From NCBI GenBank assembly GCA_024679065.1, contig JAGIQG010000018.1, positions 18,538,001 to 18,602,000 of the forward strand: a stretch of DNA of 64,000 nucleotides, given 5' to 3'. Positions 26,301-39,735 of this stretch are shown in pieces (within the stretch, counting starts at the first letter, position 1; every line of letters begins with the position of its first letter). Source of the stretch: Sphyrna mokarran (taxonomy: Eukaryota). Under the pieces are notes generated by a model. The model was not told where the DNA came from, did no database searches, and saw only the letters and a program-made list of their open reading frames with translations. The translations under genes were made by a program, and so were the position numbers.

Positions 26301-27812
26301 CCAGCTCCTAAATTCTATGTTCCTATGTTTTAGTCTCCATCACCCATCTCCACCTATTCCAGTGCAAACATGATCCTTACATGACTGGTTGAGGCACACC
26401 TCCTAAGATTGAATAATGGATACCAACCTTTCTTCACCAGCACCCCGTGGTGATGTGGGATTTGAATATGTCTCACACCAATAAGCTGCATTCTCTCTAT
26501 CGGTCACTGGGACATCTATTACACACATCACCCATCCAGCAACTCATTCCAGTCTCATCCATCCAACATGTCTTCAATTCCTAGGCATCTTCCTCACAAC
26601 ACAACCTGCTTCATCCCATGTGCTGATTCGCCCATCGCACAAGGTGAGTAACAGATGCATGGCTGGGGTCAAAGATTGTGGCTCATTACTTCTGTGTTCT
26701 TTGCACTTTATAGCTGAAGAGTGGGGGGGGGGGAGTTGATCAACTTATACATCAAGGATATGTAAAAGCACCATATTTGGCACTGAAAATGGGAACATCT
26801 TATACAGCAGGTCAACATATACATCACAACCTGGCACAGACACAATGGGCAGAATAGCTTCTTTCTGTGTTGGCGTATTCTACATGAAGGTTTGCCATGT
26901 TTCTTTGAAGGAAAACAATGGCTCTTTAAAAGCAAATTAGTGAACACGTGGGCTTTAAATATTTAGCAAAGGATCAATTTTTCTTAATAATGGAAGAAAA
27001 ACTGAAGGCTGATTTTAATCTGTGTTTGTGGCTCAAATATTACTTCATTGTCCCATTTGTTATTAATTTGCATGGAGAATCGGGGATGTGCACTGCTACC
27101 CGGCAGATGGGGGAGGGCAATTAGTGACCATGGGAGGGTTAACATTGCAAATTTAATTTCAGTGTTAATTAGCTGCTGCAGATAGTTAGCTTAAAGGGAT
27201 GGGGGGAGTCTGCTTTCGCTGCCTCCAGCTGGGCTAACTCTTCCATTTTTATGAGTCACTGCAATGCCCCTTTAAGTGGATGATAATGTACCAGGATTAC
27301 TATGCTTTCCTTGTGAAAGGTAATTGAGAATCTAGGTAGGGTGGAAAATAGGGCAGGGGAGGAGGGGGAATAAAGTGAAGGGGGGTTTTCATATCAATTC
27401 TCAGTGTGGCGTATAGCGCCCAGGGCTCAATCAGAGCAACAGAGAGAGGACTTGCTTCTGTGTCTGTCAATGTGATGTGGATTAAATCAGGGAAATTACA
27501 AGTTCAGTGCTGCAGTCTGCAATGCTGCTTGTGCTCTCCATATTGGCTTCAGTACCCTGCCATTGGCCTCAGTACCCCCCAGATACATGGGAGGGAGGGT
27601 GCCTGAAATATATATCAGATATGCTTCAGCCCCGTAAATCAATCCCCCCCCACCCCTCCCCACCCCCACTGTAATTGGCACTTCACTATTCTCTGACTGG
27701 CATTAGGAATGGGTTAGGCTTGGTTGTGATGCATCCTAGAGTGGAATAGTCCAACAGGATTCAAGACATAAATACTGGTGGCTGCCAGATCCCAGGGGAA
27801 CATTACCCAGGC

Positions 27813-27950
27813 NNNNNNNNNNNNNNNNNNNNNNNNNNNNNNNNNNNNNNNNNNNNNNNNNNNNNNNNNNNNNNNNNNNNNNNNNNNNNNNNNNNNNNNN
27901 NNNNNNNNNNNNNNNNNNNNNNNNNNNNNNNNNNNNNNNNNNNNNNNNNN
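27813..27950. other. Assembly gap
   Basis: Run of N. Confidence 1.
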
Positions 27951-28004
27951 GAAGACACAGATCAATCTAGGAGCAAGCCCTATTTACTGGTTGAGATCCA
28001 CTGT

Positions 28005-29295
28005 CCTGCCCCCTCACCCCACCCAGCCCCCTCCCTGATTCCATCCCTATCCTCCATACCCCATCCAGGCCGTGAAACCCCACCCCCCACAGCCTACCCC
28101 ACACTCTCCACTCAGCCCCCACTCCTAACCCCTCACCCAACCAGCACCCCCACCCAGCCTTCATCTCCTCACCCCACCCAGCCCCCTCCCCCACCCCCTA
28201 TTACAGCCCCACCCACCCAGCCCCACCCCCTCACCCTAACCAGCCCCCAACACTCCCACCCCCTCCTCCACCCAGCTCCCTACCCACCCCTATATAGCCC
28301 CCCCCCACATGCCACCCAGCCCTCATCCCCTCACCCTCATAATACCACTCAGACCCCACCCAGATCCCACCTCCCTCACCCCTCACCCCACCCAGCCCCA
28401 TGATCTCTCAACCTCATATAGCCCCAACTCACAACCCCCATCCACTCTCCACCCCCTCATCCTTCACCCCAAACCCGTCACCACATCCAAACCCCATTCT
28501 CTCACCCCACCCACCTCACCTTCCCCACCCAGCTCTCACTCCCTCACCCTATCCAGCCCCCAGCCATCCCCTTTCTCTACCACATCCCCATCCCCTCATC
28601 CCATTCAGCCCCTCTCCCCACCACACCCCAATCCCCTCACCCCAACCAGACCCTTCTCCACCACACCCCCATCCCCTCACCCCACCCAGCCCCCCTCTCC
28701 ACCATCCCCTCACCTCACCAGCCCCCCTCTCCACATCCCTACCCCACCCAGCCTCCCTCTCCACCATCCCATCACCCCACCCAGCCTCCCTCTCCACCAC
28801 ACCCCCATCCCCTCACCCCCACCCAAGCCCCCTTCCACCATCCCCCACCCCCAACCCAGCCTCCCTCTCCACCACACCCCATCCCCTCACCCACCAGCCT
28901 CCCTCTCCACAACACCCCCATCCCCTCACCCACCAGCCCCCCTCTCCACCATCCCCTCACCCCACCCAGCCCTCCCTCTCCACCCACACCCCATCCCCAA
29001 CCCCACCCAGCCCCCTCTCCACCACAACCCCCATCCCAACACACCCCCAGCCCCCCTCTCCACCACACCCCCATCCCCTCAACCCCACCAGCCCCCCTCT
29101 CACCATCCCCTCACCCACCCAGCCCCCCTCTCCACCATCCCCTACCCCACCCAGCCCCCCTCCCATCACCCCCACCCCCCTCATTCCATCCAGCCCCATT
29201 ATCCCCCACCCTTTACAGCCCCACATAGCCCCCACCCCTACATAGCCCCAGCAGTACACCCCCCAATCCTCCAGCCCCCACACAGCCCCCAGCCG
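28005..29295. repeat. C-rich low-complexity / degenerate tandem repeat
   Basis: Recurrent ccccacccagcccccctctccaccacacccccatcccctca; source of the spurious Pro-rich ORFs. Confidence 0.9.
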
Positions 29296-31112
29296 GACTG
29301 CTGGAGGGCAACTGAAGCCCTCAGAAATGGGCTGATAGATTTCCATTGTAGAGTAAAGGAGCTGAGGTACCAACACATTATAATCTAACAGAGCATCAGA
29401 GTTAGCTGACGGGCTGAATGGCCTCCTTCTGTTCCTATGATTGGTAACAGTCAAAAATCAATTACCTTTTTCAATATTTAATGATTTCAGCAATGTTTTT
29501 AGCAGGTGCCTGCTGCACTCTGTATCACTTACACTGGCAAGAAGTATTTTAACACACAGGGACTGGGATTTTTCACTTATTATTGACAATTAATTTCTAA
29601 CCTATTTAAAACCTTTGAGAACTGAGAAATTAATTAGTGCTTTAATTTAAAATAGAACAACAAAGTGTCCAAATCTCGAACCAAAATCTTCATAAATAGT
29701 GACGTGAGTGCTGCGAGTGTTTAGAAGCTGGCACAGTGGGTTTATACTGAAAGGCAGCTAGAGCAGGCAATTAAAATGCTTCAGGGGGACAGTAGGAGTG
29801 AGTGGAATGGCTACTGTAACAATATGGGTTTGCTGCAGATTACACAGCCCCTAATGAGCCCACTGCAATCACCTCACCTTTCACACAACCATTGCTGCTG
29901 TCCTCCATTCAGAGGTCATGCACTCCAGTGTTTATGTAAGTATGTATGTGCAAACGCATGGCATTAATGAGCTGACATGTGCAGACTAATCTCGCCTTTG
30001 TCCTGTACCCCTCTCCCTGCCCCTCTTTCTCATTCCTTCCCCCTTTCTGCTTCCTTCATTCCTGCAAGCCTCAGATTTGTGAACAATATTCCACAGGCAC
30101 TCTATTTGTCATGGACACTCCCTAGCAACAGACTGTCATGGGTCAACTGGCCACGGGGGCATTGCAGAGATGATGTTGTCCTTCTCTAGAAAATAGGAGC
30201 TGGGGGCGGAATGGTCGGTGGAGGGGCAAGGGCATGGCATGGTGTGAATTTATCCCCTCTCTAATCCAGGGATGTGCAGGCAAAGTAAGACAGTCTCCAT
30301 TATCAGTGCTGGAGCTTTGCATACACATGGGACAAGACAGAGTGTTTACCTCTTGCCAGTGCTGGGACCATGTTTCGTTCTACTCAGTTGTACCTTTGAA
30401 GCATCAGAACTCCTGTTAGTCTTGATCCTGCTGAATAAACAGGAACTCTTGAACAGTTACCAGCACATATGTTGGAAGAACTTCGAACCCTCATCTTTCT
30501 AAGTAAACAGGAACTAGGTACCATTAGTTCTCTAACTGATGTGACAAGTGATTATCCACTATCCAGCTGAACAAACATTAACATCCATACAGCTAACATG
30601 CATTAAGGTAGGGAACTGGGCTGCTGCGGGGAGATACCAGATCACACTATCATAAGACTGGTGCCTCTGTTCTTCATTTTCCATCATTGTTCACTCATTG
30701 GCAGCACCCAAGCACTCACAGCTTTGCCGCAATGTTGCTCAGATGCAGTGTAAACCACTGTACCTTTTCTCCATCCATGGACCTGGGCATTAGCTCCCCC
30801 TTCTCCGTCATGGGTAGCATTCTTCATCCAAGTCCCACTGCAGAGACTTCAGCACAACATCTCATCAAGAGATCAATTCACTATGGAGGGAGCACTGGTG
30901 ACGGTGTCTCTGGAAGGAGATATTACACCAAAGTCTCTCCCATATGTTGTTTCAGATGGACAAGAAAGAAGAGTGAATGTGACTGCATCAGGCTCATAGA
31001 CCTTCTCTCCCCTCCTTCCCCTCCCCTCCTCTCCTTTCCCTCCCCTCCCCTCCCCACCTTCCCCTCCTCTTCCCTCCCCTCCTTCCCCTCCCTTCCCCTC
31101 CAGAGGGAGTAA

Positions 31113-32485
31113 GTGGAGTGATCAGCAAGTTTGCAGATGATACAAAGATGGCTGGACTTGCGGATAGTGAGGAGCATTGTCAGGCGATGCAGCAGGACAT
31201 AGATAGGCTGGTAGCTTGGGCAAACAGATGGCAGATGGAATTCAATCCTGATAAATATGAGCTGATGCATTTCAGGAGAAAGAATGTAGCGGGGAGGTAT
31301 ATGATAAAGGGTAGACCTATTAAGAGTATAGAAATGCAGAGAGACCTGGGGGTGCAGGTGAACAAGTCTCTGAAGGTGGCAGAGCAAATGGAGAAGGTTG
31401 TGAAGAAAGCATATAGTATGCTAGCCTTTATAGGAAGGGGTACAGAGTACAAGAGCTGGCCTTTAATGTTGCAGTTGTATAAAACGTTGGGTATACTTCA
31501 TTTGGAATACTGCGTCCACTTCTGGTCGCCTTACTACCGGAAGGATGTGGAGACTCTGGAGAGAGTGCAGAGGATGTTTACCAGAATGCTGCCTGGTATG
31601 GAAGGTCTGAGTTACGAGGAGAGGTTAGGCAAATTGGGGCTGTTTTCCTTAGAAAGATGTAGACTTAGAGGAGATCTAATAGAGGTGTACAAGATTATGA
31701 GGGGTATAGATAAACAATGTTAAGCTTTTTCCTAGAATGGACTCGAATAGCACGAGGGGTCACGGGCTTAGGGTGAGGGGGGTAAGGTATAATTTGGATG
31801 CTAGAGGGAGTTTTTTCACACAGAGGGTGGTGGGGGTATGGAATGCACTGCCAAGTAAAGTGGTGGGGGCAGGCACTCTGGAGTTATTTAAGAAATACTT
31901 AGATGGGCACATGAACAGAATGGGAATGGAGGGGTATAGAAAACTGATTTTAAAATAGGGATCATGAGCCTTGGGAGTCCCTGGGAAGTGTGTAAATAGA
32001 TGATGATATTGATGTACTTGTTTTTATCCTACAGGTGCTTTGGTCCACCTTGTTGTCTAAGAAGGGGCATACACGCGATGGGTCATGAGAGGGCTGCTCT
32101 TGGATTTTTTTTCGAGAGTATCCTAGCGCTTCACATCATTAGCGTACGCTTGACCTGGACCATTTGATGGGCAACACAACAGCTCAGTGACTATCGCTGT
32201 GCTGTGCAGATGCATGGATTTGGGCCTGTGTCTGTGGGAGTTTGTGCATTCTCCCCGTGCTTGTGTGGGTTTTCTCTGGATGCTCCGGTTTCCTCCCACA
32301 TCCCAAAGATGTGCTCTTGGGCTAATTGGCAAAACAAATTCTCTCTCAATTGTCTCAAATTTGGTTTTTAATCCATAGATCTATAAACATGGACAGGGAT
32401 CGCGGGTAGAGGTGGGAACATCGGGGTGGCAGCATGGGCTCATTGGGCCGAAGGGCCTGTTTCCCGTGCTGTTTTGTTCTTTGTT
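31113..32485 (+). mobile_element. Relatively young 5'-truncated CR1 LINE with long 3' UTR
   Basis: Open 201-aa stretch ISKFADDTK...LEYCVHFWSPYYRKD..LERVQRMFTRMLPGM...LRGDLIEVYKIMRG; ends gggcctgtttcccgtgctgttttgttctttgtt; flanked by pyrimidine microsatellites. Confidence 0.92.
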
Positions 32486-33999
32486 CTCCCCTCCCCTCCT
32501 TTCCCCTCCTCTTTCCTTCCCCTCACCCCTTCCCCCCTCCCCCCTCCCACTCTCCCCTCCCCTCCCTCCCCACTCTCCCCTCCCCCTTCCCCTCCCCCCT
32601 CTACCCCCCTCTTCCCTCTCCCCTCCCCCCCCCACCCCCAACATCCTTTGAGGTCAAGTTTGTGACTCACAGCCTAAGTGAAGAATGTTTATTGGGTAAA
32701 GCTCCTCATTGCCCCCTCCCAAGGGTCAATGAGCAATGAATACTGACTGGCCTTGCCACCGAAGCCCACATCCCAAAGGAGAATTAAAATAAAACTGCTG
32801 CCAGGATAGAGGCAGGGAAAAATTGGGAGAAATGGTTTGGAGTTCACTGTTTGATTATAAAGAAAGAGTGGGGATAAGGCATAGGTTTTAAACTTCATAG
32901 TTTTCTAAGCCACTCTGGCCCGGAAGCTGTGCTTGTATTACACAGTGTTATAATACTGTTAAAGAAATTAAAACCTAAAATGCACCAAGGACCTCATTAA
33001 TTTTCAAAGGACAATAGGCTTATTCAAAATCGTTTTAAAAATATTCCACATCAGAAATTCACCCAGTCCTCTTAATCTGGGGAAAGTTTAAGATGATGAT
33101 GCATCCATTCTGACTGACTCAAACCTTCTCTCTTCCTCACCAATAGTAACCACCTAATCCTTAATCACTTTCATCTATGCAGATGAATTCAACCGTGGAA
33201 CCTCTTCAAAACCAGTGTTCAAATTTGGTAGCAAAAGCTTTAGAATAGAGAAAAACTGAGGGCAGGAAATTTGCCTGTTCGTCATTCCCATTGGAATATT
33301 CTACACAGACTGGGGCGCCGTCTACATTAACCAAGCGTGTGGGAAGCATCCGGCCAAGGTGACATTCACTCTTTGCACCCACCTTTACCCCAGCCATGTA
33401 CCTGGGCAGCTGATGTACATCTCAACTCAGTCTCAAAGCATTCATTGAGTTTGAATGCGGCCAGCTCAGTGCAATGGGATTGCAGATGTAGTCACTGTCT
33501 CCATCTGGTGGTGATACTTCAGTTCAACAGAGGCTGACGCTTCTCTCAAATGAAAGCAGATGTGGGCGACTGAAACGCTGCTTTCGTTCCCCTCAGTCCC
33601 TGTAGACTTCGGTCAATCCCAACTGATCCCTCAGCTCATTGACTAAAGAAATCAGTCCCTCCTTTGGAAGCCCACTGGGGTCCCTCGCCCCATTTCCAAT
33701 CGTGCTAGCCCAGCTGTCACTGATATTACAGATTGTTAATATTACCTTCCCTTTAGCCTCTTAACAGTACCTCTCTATACCTTCCCCAGCTACCATACCA
33801 TCAGTGTCACAGCAACCACATCTATCTCCAGGGTATAAGGAAGTGGGGGATAAAAGTACACTACACTCTCAACAAAAGTCCTCTCTGTAATGAGCACAAG
33901 CCATGAATGAATGTGTTACTGACTCAGCTTCACCGTGCTAAAGCTGGCAGTTAGAAAGAGTTTGACCACAACTCAAATTTTCAATACAAGTGGGGAGAT

Positions 34000-36005
34000 A
34001 CTGAGGGGGAGGAGGGCGTGAGGAGGGGGAGGAGGGAGGGGAAACGGGAGGGGTTGAGGGGAAAGGGAAGGAGTAAGGAGAAAGGGAAAGATGGAGAGGA
34101 GAAAGAAATGAAGAGGATAAAGAGGATGAGGGGGAGGGGGGGGAGGGGGGGGAGGGGGGAGGGGGGGAGGGGGGGGGGAGGGGAGGGTGGAGAGGGGAGA
34201 GGGGGAGGAGAAGAGGAGGGAGGGGAGGGGAGAAGGGGGAGGGGAGAGGGGGAGGGGAGAGGGGGGAGGAGGGAGGGGGGAGAGGGGGAGGAGGGAGGGG
34301 GGAGAGGGGAGGAGGGAGGGGGGAGAGGAGGGAGGGTGGGAGAGGGGGAGGAGGGAGGGGGGAGAGGAAGGGAGGGGGGAGAGGGGGAGGAGGGAGGGGG
34401 AGAGGGGGAGGAGGGGGGGGGAGAGGGGGAGGGAGGGGGGAGGAGGGGGAGGAGGGAGGAGGGAAGGGGNNNNNNNNNNNNNNNNNNNNNNNNNNNNNNN
34501 NNNNNNNNNNNNNNNNNNNNNNNNNNNNNNNNNNNNNNNNNNNNNNNNNNNNNNNNNNNNNNNNNNNNNNNNNNNNNNNNNNNNNNNNNNNNNNNNNNNN
34601 NNNNNGGGGGGGGGCGGAAGGGGGGGAGAAGGGAGGGAGGAGGAGGGGGGTNNNNNNNNNNNNNNNNNNNNNNNNNNNNNNNNNNNNNNNNNNNNNNNNN
34701 NNNNNNNNNNNNNNNNNNNNNNNNNNNNNNNNNNNNNNNNNNNNNNNNNNNNNNNNNNNNNNNNNNNNNNNNNNNNNNNNNNNNNNNNNNNNNNNNNNNN
34801 NNNNNNNNNNNNNNNNNNNNNNNNNNNNNNNNNNNNNNNNGAAGGAGGGAGGGGGTGGGGGGGAAGGAGGGAGGGGGAGGAGGGCGATGGGGTCGGGGGG
34901 GAGGCAGGGGAGGGGGGAGGAGGGGGATGAGGGGAGGGAGAGGGGGAGAGGGAGGGGGGAGGAGAGGAGGGGAGAGGGGAAAAGAAGAGGGGATAAAGAA
35001 GAGGGAGCAGGGGAAGAGGATTAAGAGGTTAGGGGTAAAAGTCAGAGGGGATATGATGAGGAGAGTGATCGAGATATGAGACGGAAGTGCAAGGGGAGAA
35101 GAAGAGGAAGGGCAAGTAAGAGGAGGAGATGAGGGGGAGGAGGTGGGGGAGGGGGAGATGTGGGGAGAAGGGGATATGTGGAGATGGTGGGAATTAGGGC
35201 TGTAGAGGGTGAGGAGATGGGAGGAGTGGGTGGGCAGGACTGGGGGATAAGAGGGGAAAGCGGTAAGGAGGGATGAGGGGAAGAGAAGTGAAGAGAAGGG
35301 GGAGTGAGGAGATAGAGGGAATGTGCAAGAAGGCGGAAGGTATGGGGTGAGGAGGAAGGGGTAGGAGCGTGAGGAGGGAGAGTGGGGGAAGGGAATGAAG
35401 TGGGGAAGGGGCAGGTGGGAAGAGGGATGAGGCAAGGCACTTGAAGGGGGATAGGTGAGGAGAGGGGTAAGTAAGGAGAGGGAGGGGAGAGAGAGGTGGA
35501 GAGAAGGTAGAGGGGGAGGGGAGATATGGAGAGAAGTGGGGAAGGGAAAGGATGAGGAAGGGAGAAGGGGATGAAGAGAGGAGGGAGAAAGGTGAGGCAA
35601 TGGGGAAAGGAGGGGCAAGGGCTCATGAGAGAAGGGGGAGGGGTGTTGGGAAGAGGGGAGGGGGAGGAATACGAGGGACTGAAGGGGATGGAAAGGAGAG
35701 AAGGACGGTGAGAGGGAGGGGGCAGAGACAAGAAAGGGAGGGGGTGGAGAGGTAGGTGGTGAGGGGTAGAGGAGAGAGAGGTGGAGAGAAGGTAGGAGAG
35801 AGAGGAGATATGAGGAGAGGTGGTGAGGGGGACAGGGGAGAGAGGGAGAGGGGAATGAGGAGGGTGAGGGGCAAGGGATAGAAGGGGAGTTGGGAAGATG
35901 GGAAAGAGGAGATGTTGGGGGAAGACAGGAGACAGGGATTGAGGGAAATGGAAAGGAGAGGAGGGCGGGAGAGAGGAAGGAGGATGGTGGAGGGAGAGGA
36001 AGAGT
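34000..36005. repeat. Polypurine (G/A) low-complexity tract with two N gaps (34470-34605, 34652-34840)
   Basis: Almost entirely G/A on the + strand. Confidence 0.95.
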
Positions 36006-36104
36006 CAAATGAGGCAATCTTAATTTGTAAGGTTGCCAACTCTCTAAGATTGTCCTGGTAGGGCCAGGAAATAAAAATTAATCTCTGGAATATTGTTGCA
36101 AGAT

Positions 36105-36380
36105 TAATCATAGAATCCCTATACTGCAAAAGGAAGTCATTCAGCCCATTGAGTTCTTCCTTACTCTTTCCCTGGCAGAGCTTCCCAGGCCCATCCCAGA
36201 ATCTCACATATTTATCCCACTAATTACTAAACCTGCACAGCTTTGGAGTGTGGGGGGAAAATGGAGCACCCACATAGACATGGGGAGAATGTACAACCTC
36301 CACACATTCAACCAAGTCTGAAATTGAACCTGGGTCCCTGGTGCTGTGAGGCAGCAGCACCAAACACTGTGCTGCCCATT
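36105..36380 (-). mobile_element. HE1/V-type SINE
   Basis: Tail catagaatccctatactgc; core ggagaatgtacaacctccacac; head ctgtgctgccc. Confidence 0.7.
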
Positions 36381-37130
36381 GTAGAAACAGTACGTATTTT
36401 GACAGCTTTTTATCTTCTCTCCACACCTTGGTTTATTAGTTATTAAAAAATGAACTTGGGGTGGCCATTTAATCAATGCCTACAGGAGTAAGTCCAGCCC
36501 GAGTTAACAATATAAACAGCAGGCAGACAGAGGCAAACTGTCAGCAGTCCCACAGTTGTGACCAGTCCTAATGTATCTTACAGAGCAGTAACATTTAGAT
36601 TACAGAGGGATTAATATGAGCAGTTTTAACAGTGTCAGTTCAGACTGAATCAATCACACTCATGCCTCAGAATCAAAGGGTTTTCATTTGAGACCCTCCA
36701 GAAAGACTCAAACATTTCAATCCAACCGAGTTCAGCATGGAGATAGTGCTGCACAATGGGAGGTTCTATCTTTCTCAGGTGAGATTTATACTAAGTTTTC
36801 CTTCTCGGATAGGGGTGAGAGACTCCACAGAATTATTCTAAAGTATGGATTATTTTACCTGGTGTCCTAACCAATATTTATCCCACAATATTTAAACAGA
36901 TTTACCTGGTCATTATCACATTTCTCTTTGTGGGATCTTGCTTTGTGCAAGTTGGCTGCTGCCCCTTCTACATCACAAGAGTGATGAAACTTTGACACAT
37001 ACTGAACTAACTGACATCCCAAAAGAACTAATGTCCTTGCAGTTTCAACAGCAGCCACTATGAATTATTGACGCTGCTAGGGCTGGTCAAAAAAAACTCT
37101 TTATAAAGGTCCTCTGCCGTATTGGGGTAA

Positions 37131-39735
37131 TCTGACCCACTGCAGTACACTGATCCACTGCGGTACACTGACCCACTGCAGTACATTGACCCACTACGGT
37201 ATACTGACCCACTGCGGTATATTGACCCATTGCGGTATATTGACCCATTGCAGTACACTGACCCACTGCGGTACACTGACCCACTGCGGTACACTGACCC
37301 ACTGCAGTACACTGACCCACTGCAGTACATTGACCCACTACGGTATACTAACCCATTGCGGTATATTGACCCATTGCAGTACACTGATCCACTGCAGTAC
37401 ACTGACCCACTGCAGTACATTGACCCACTACGGTATATTGACCCATTGCGGTATATTGACCCATTGCAGTACACTGATCCACTGCAGTACACTGATCCAC
37501 TGCGGTACACTGACCCACTGCGGTACACTGACCCACTGCGGTACACTGACCCACTGCGGTACACTGACCCACTGCGGTACACTGACCCACTGCAGTACAC
37601 TGACTACTGTGGTACACTGACCCACTGCGGTATATTGACCCACTGCAGTATACTGACTGACTGCAGTATACTGACCCACTGCGGTACACTGATCCACTGC
37701 GGTATACTGACCCACCATGGTACACTGACCCACTGCAGTACACTGACCACTGCGGTCTACTGACCCACCGCAGTATACACTGACCCACCACAGTACACTG
37801 ACCCACCGCAGTACACTGACCCACTGCGGTTTACTGACCCACCGCAGTACACTGACCCACTGCAGTCTACTACCCACTGCAGTACACTGATCCACTGTGG
37901 TACACTGACCCATTGCGGTACACTGATCCACTGCAGTCTACTACCCACTGCAGTACACTGACCCACTGTGGTTCACTGACCCATTGCGGTATATTGACCC
38001 ATTGCGGTTCACTGACCCACTGTGGTTCACTGACCCATTGCGGTATATTGACCCATTGCGGTTCACTGACCCACTGCGGTTCACTGATCCACTGCGGTTC
38101 ACTGACCCACTGCGGTTCACTGACCCATTGCGGTATATTGACCCACTGCGGTTCATTGACCCATTGCGGTATATTGACCCACTGCGGTTCACTGACCCAT
38201 TGTGGTATATTGACCCACTGCGGTTCACTGACCCACTGCGGTTCACTGACCCATTGCGGTATATTGACCCACTGCGGTTCACTGACCCACTGCGGTTCAC
38301 TGACCCATTGCGGTATATTGACCCATTGCTATATTGACCCACTGCGGTTCACTGACCCATTGCGGTCACTGACCCACTGCAGTTCACTGATCCACTGCGG
38401 TTCACTGACCCATTGCGGTATATTGACCCACTGTGGTCACTGACCCATTGCGGTATATTGACCCACTGCGGTATATTGACCCATGCGGTTCACTGACCCA
38501 CTGCGGTTCACTGACCCATTGCGGTATATTGACCCATTGCGGTTCACTGATCCACTGCGGTTCACTGACCCATTGCGGTTCACTGACCCACTGCAGTTCA
38601 CTGATCCACTGCGGTTCACTGACCCATTGCGGTATATTGACCCACTGCGGTTCACTGACCCATTGCGGTATATTGACCCACTGCGGTATATTGACCCACT
38701 GCGGTTCACTGACCCACTGCGGTTCACTGACCCATTGCGGTATATTGACCCACTGCGGTTCACTGATCCACTGCGGTTCACTGACCCATTGCGGTATATT
38801 GACCCACTGCGGTTCACTGACCCATTGGCGGTATATTGACCCACTGCGGTATATTGACCCACTAGCCGGTTCACTGACCCTTGCGAATTGACCCGGGTCA
38901 CTGACCCATTGCGGTATATTGACCCACTGCGGTTCATGATCCACTGCGGTTCACTGACCCATTGCGGTATATTGACCCATGGTTCACTGACCCACTGCGT
39001 TCACTGTCCCTGCGGTTCACTGACCCATTGCGGTATATTGACCCACTGCGGTTCACTGACCCATGCGGTTCACTGACCCATTGCGGTATATTGACCCACT
39101 GCGGTTCACTGACCACTGCGGTTCACTGACCCTTGCGTATATTGACCCATTGCGGTTCACTGACCCACTGCGGTACACTGACCCACTGCGGTTCACTGAC
39201 CCACTGCGGTTCACTGACCCATTGCGGTATATTGACCCACTGCGGTTCACTGACCCATTGCGGTATATTGACCCACTGCGGTTCACTGACCCATTGCGGT
39301 ATATGACCCACTGCGGTTCACTGATCCACTGCGGTTCACTGACCCATTGCGGTATATGACCCACTGCGGTTCACTGACCCATGCGGTATATCCACCTTCA
39401 CGACCATGCGGTATATTGACCCACTGCGGTTCACTGACCCACTGCGGTTCACTGACCCACTGCGGTATATTGACCCACTGCCGTTCACTGACCCACTGCA
39501 GTTCACTGACCCATTGCGGTATATTGACCCACTGCGGTTCACTGACCCACTGCGGTTCACTGACCCATTGCGGTATATTGACCCACTGCAGTATATTGAC
39601 CCATTGCAGTTCACTGACCCACTGCGGTTCACTGACCCACTGCGGTATATTGACCCATTGTGGTATATTGACCCACTGCGGTTCACTGACCCATTGCGGT
39701 TCACTGACCCACTGCGGTTCACTGACCCATTGCAA
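37131..39735. repeat. 18-bp satellite, ~2.6 kb (~145 copies)
   Basis: Unit tgaccca(c/t)tgcgg(tacac/ttcac/tatat); gives the RFTDPL/RYIDPL pseudo-ORFs. Confidence 0.97.

Noticed and set aside
28309-29388. 359-aa and 281-aa Pro-rich (extensin-like) ORFs
   Set aside because: C-rich low-complexity DNA is open in several frames on both strands, and there is no splice or domain support.
31118-31723. 201-aa reverse-transcriptase ORF as a host gene
   Set aside because: It is the C-terminal part of a 5'-truncated CR1 ORF2 that begins at the FADD motif.
33981-36017. 678-aa ORF and Gly/Arg/Glu-rich ORFs
   Set aside because: Products of the polypurine tract; they also read through N gaps.
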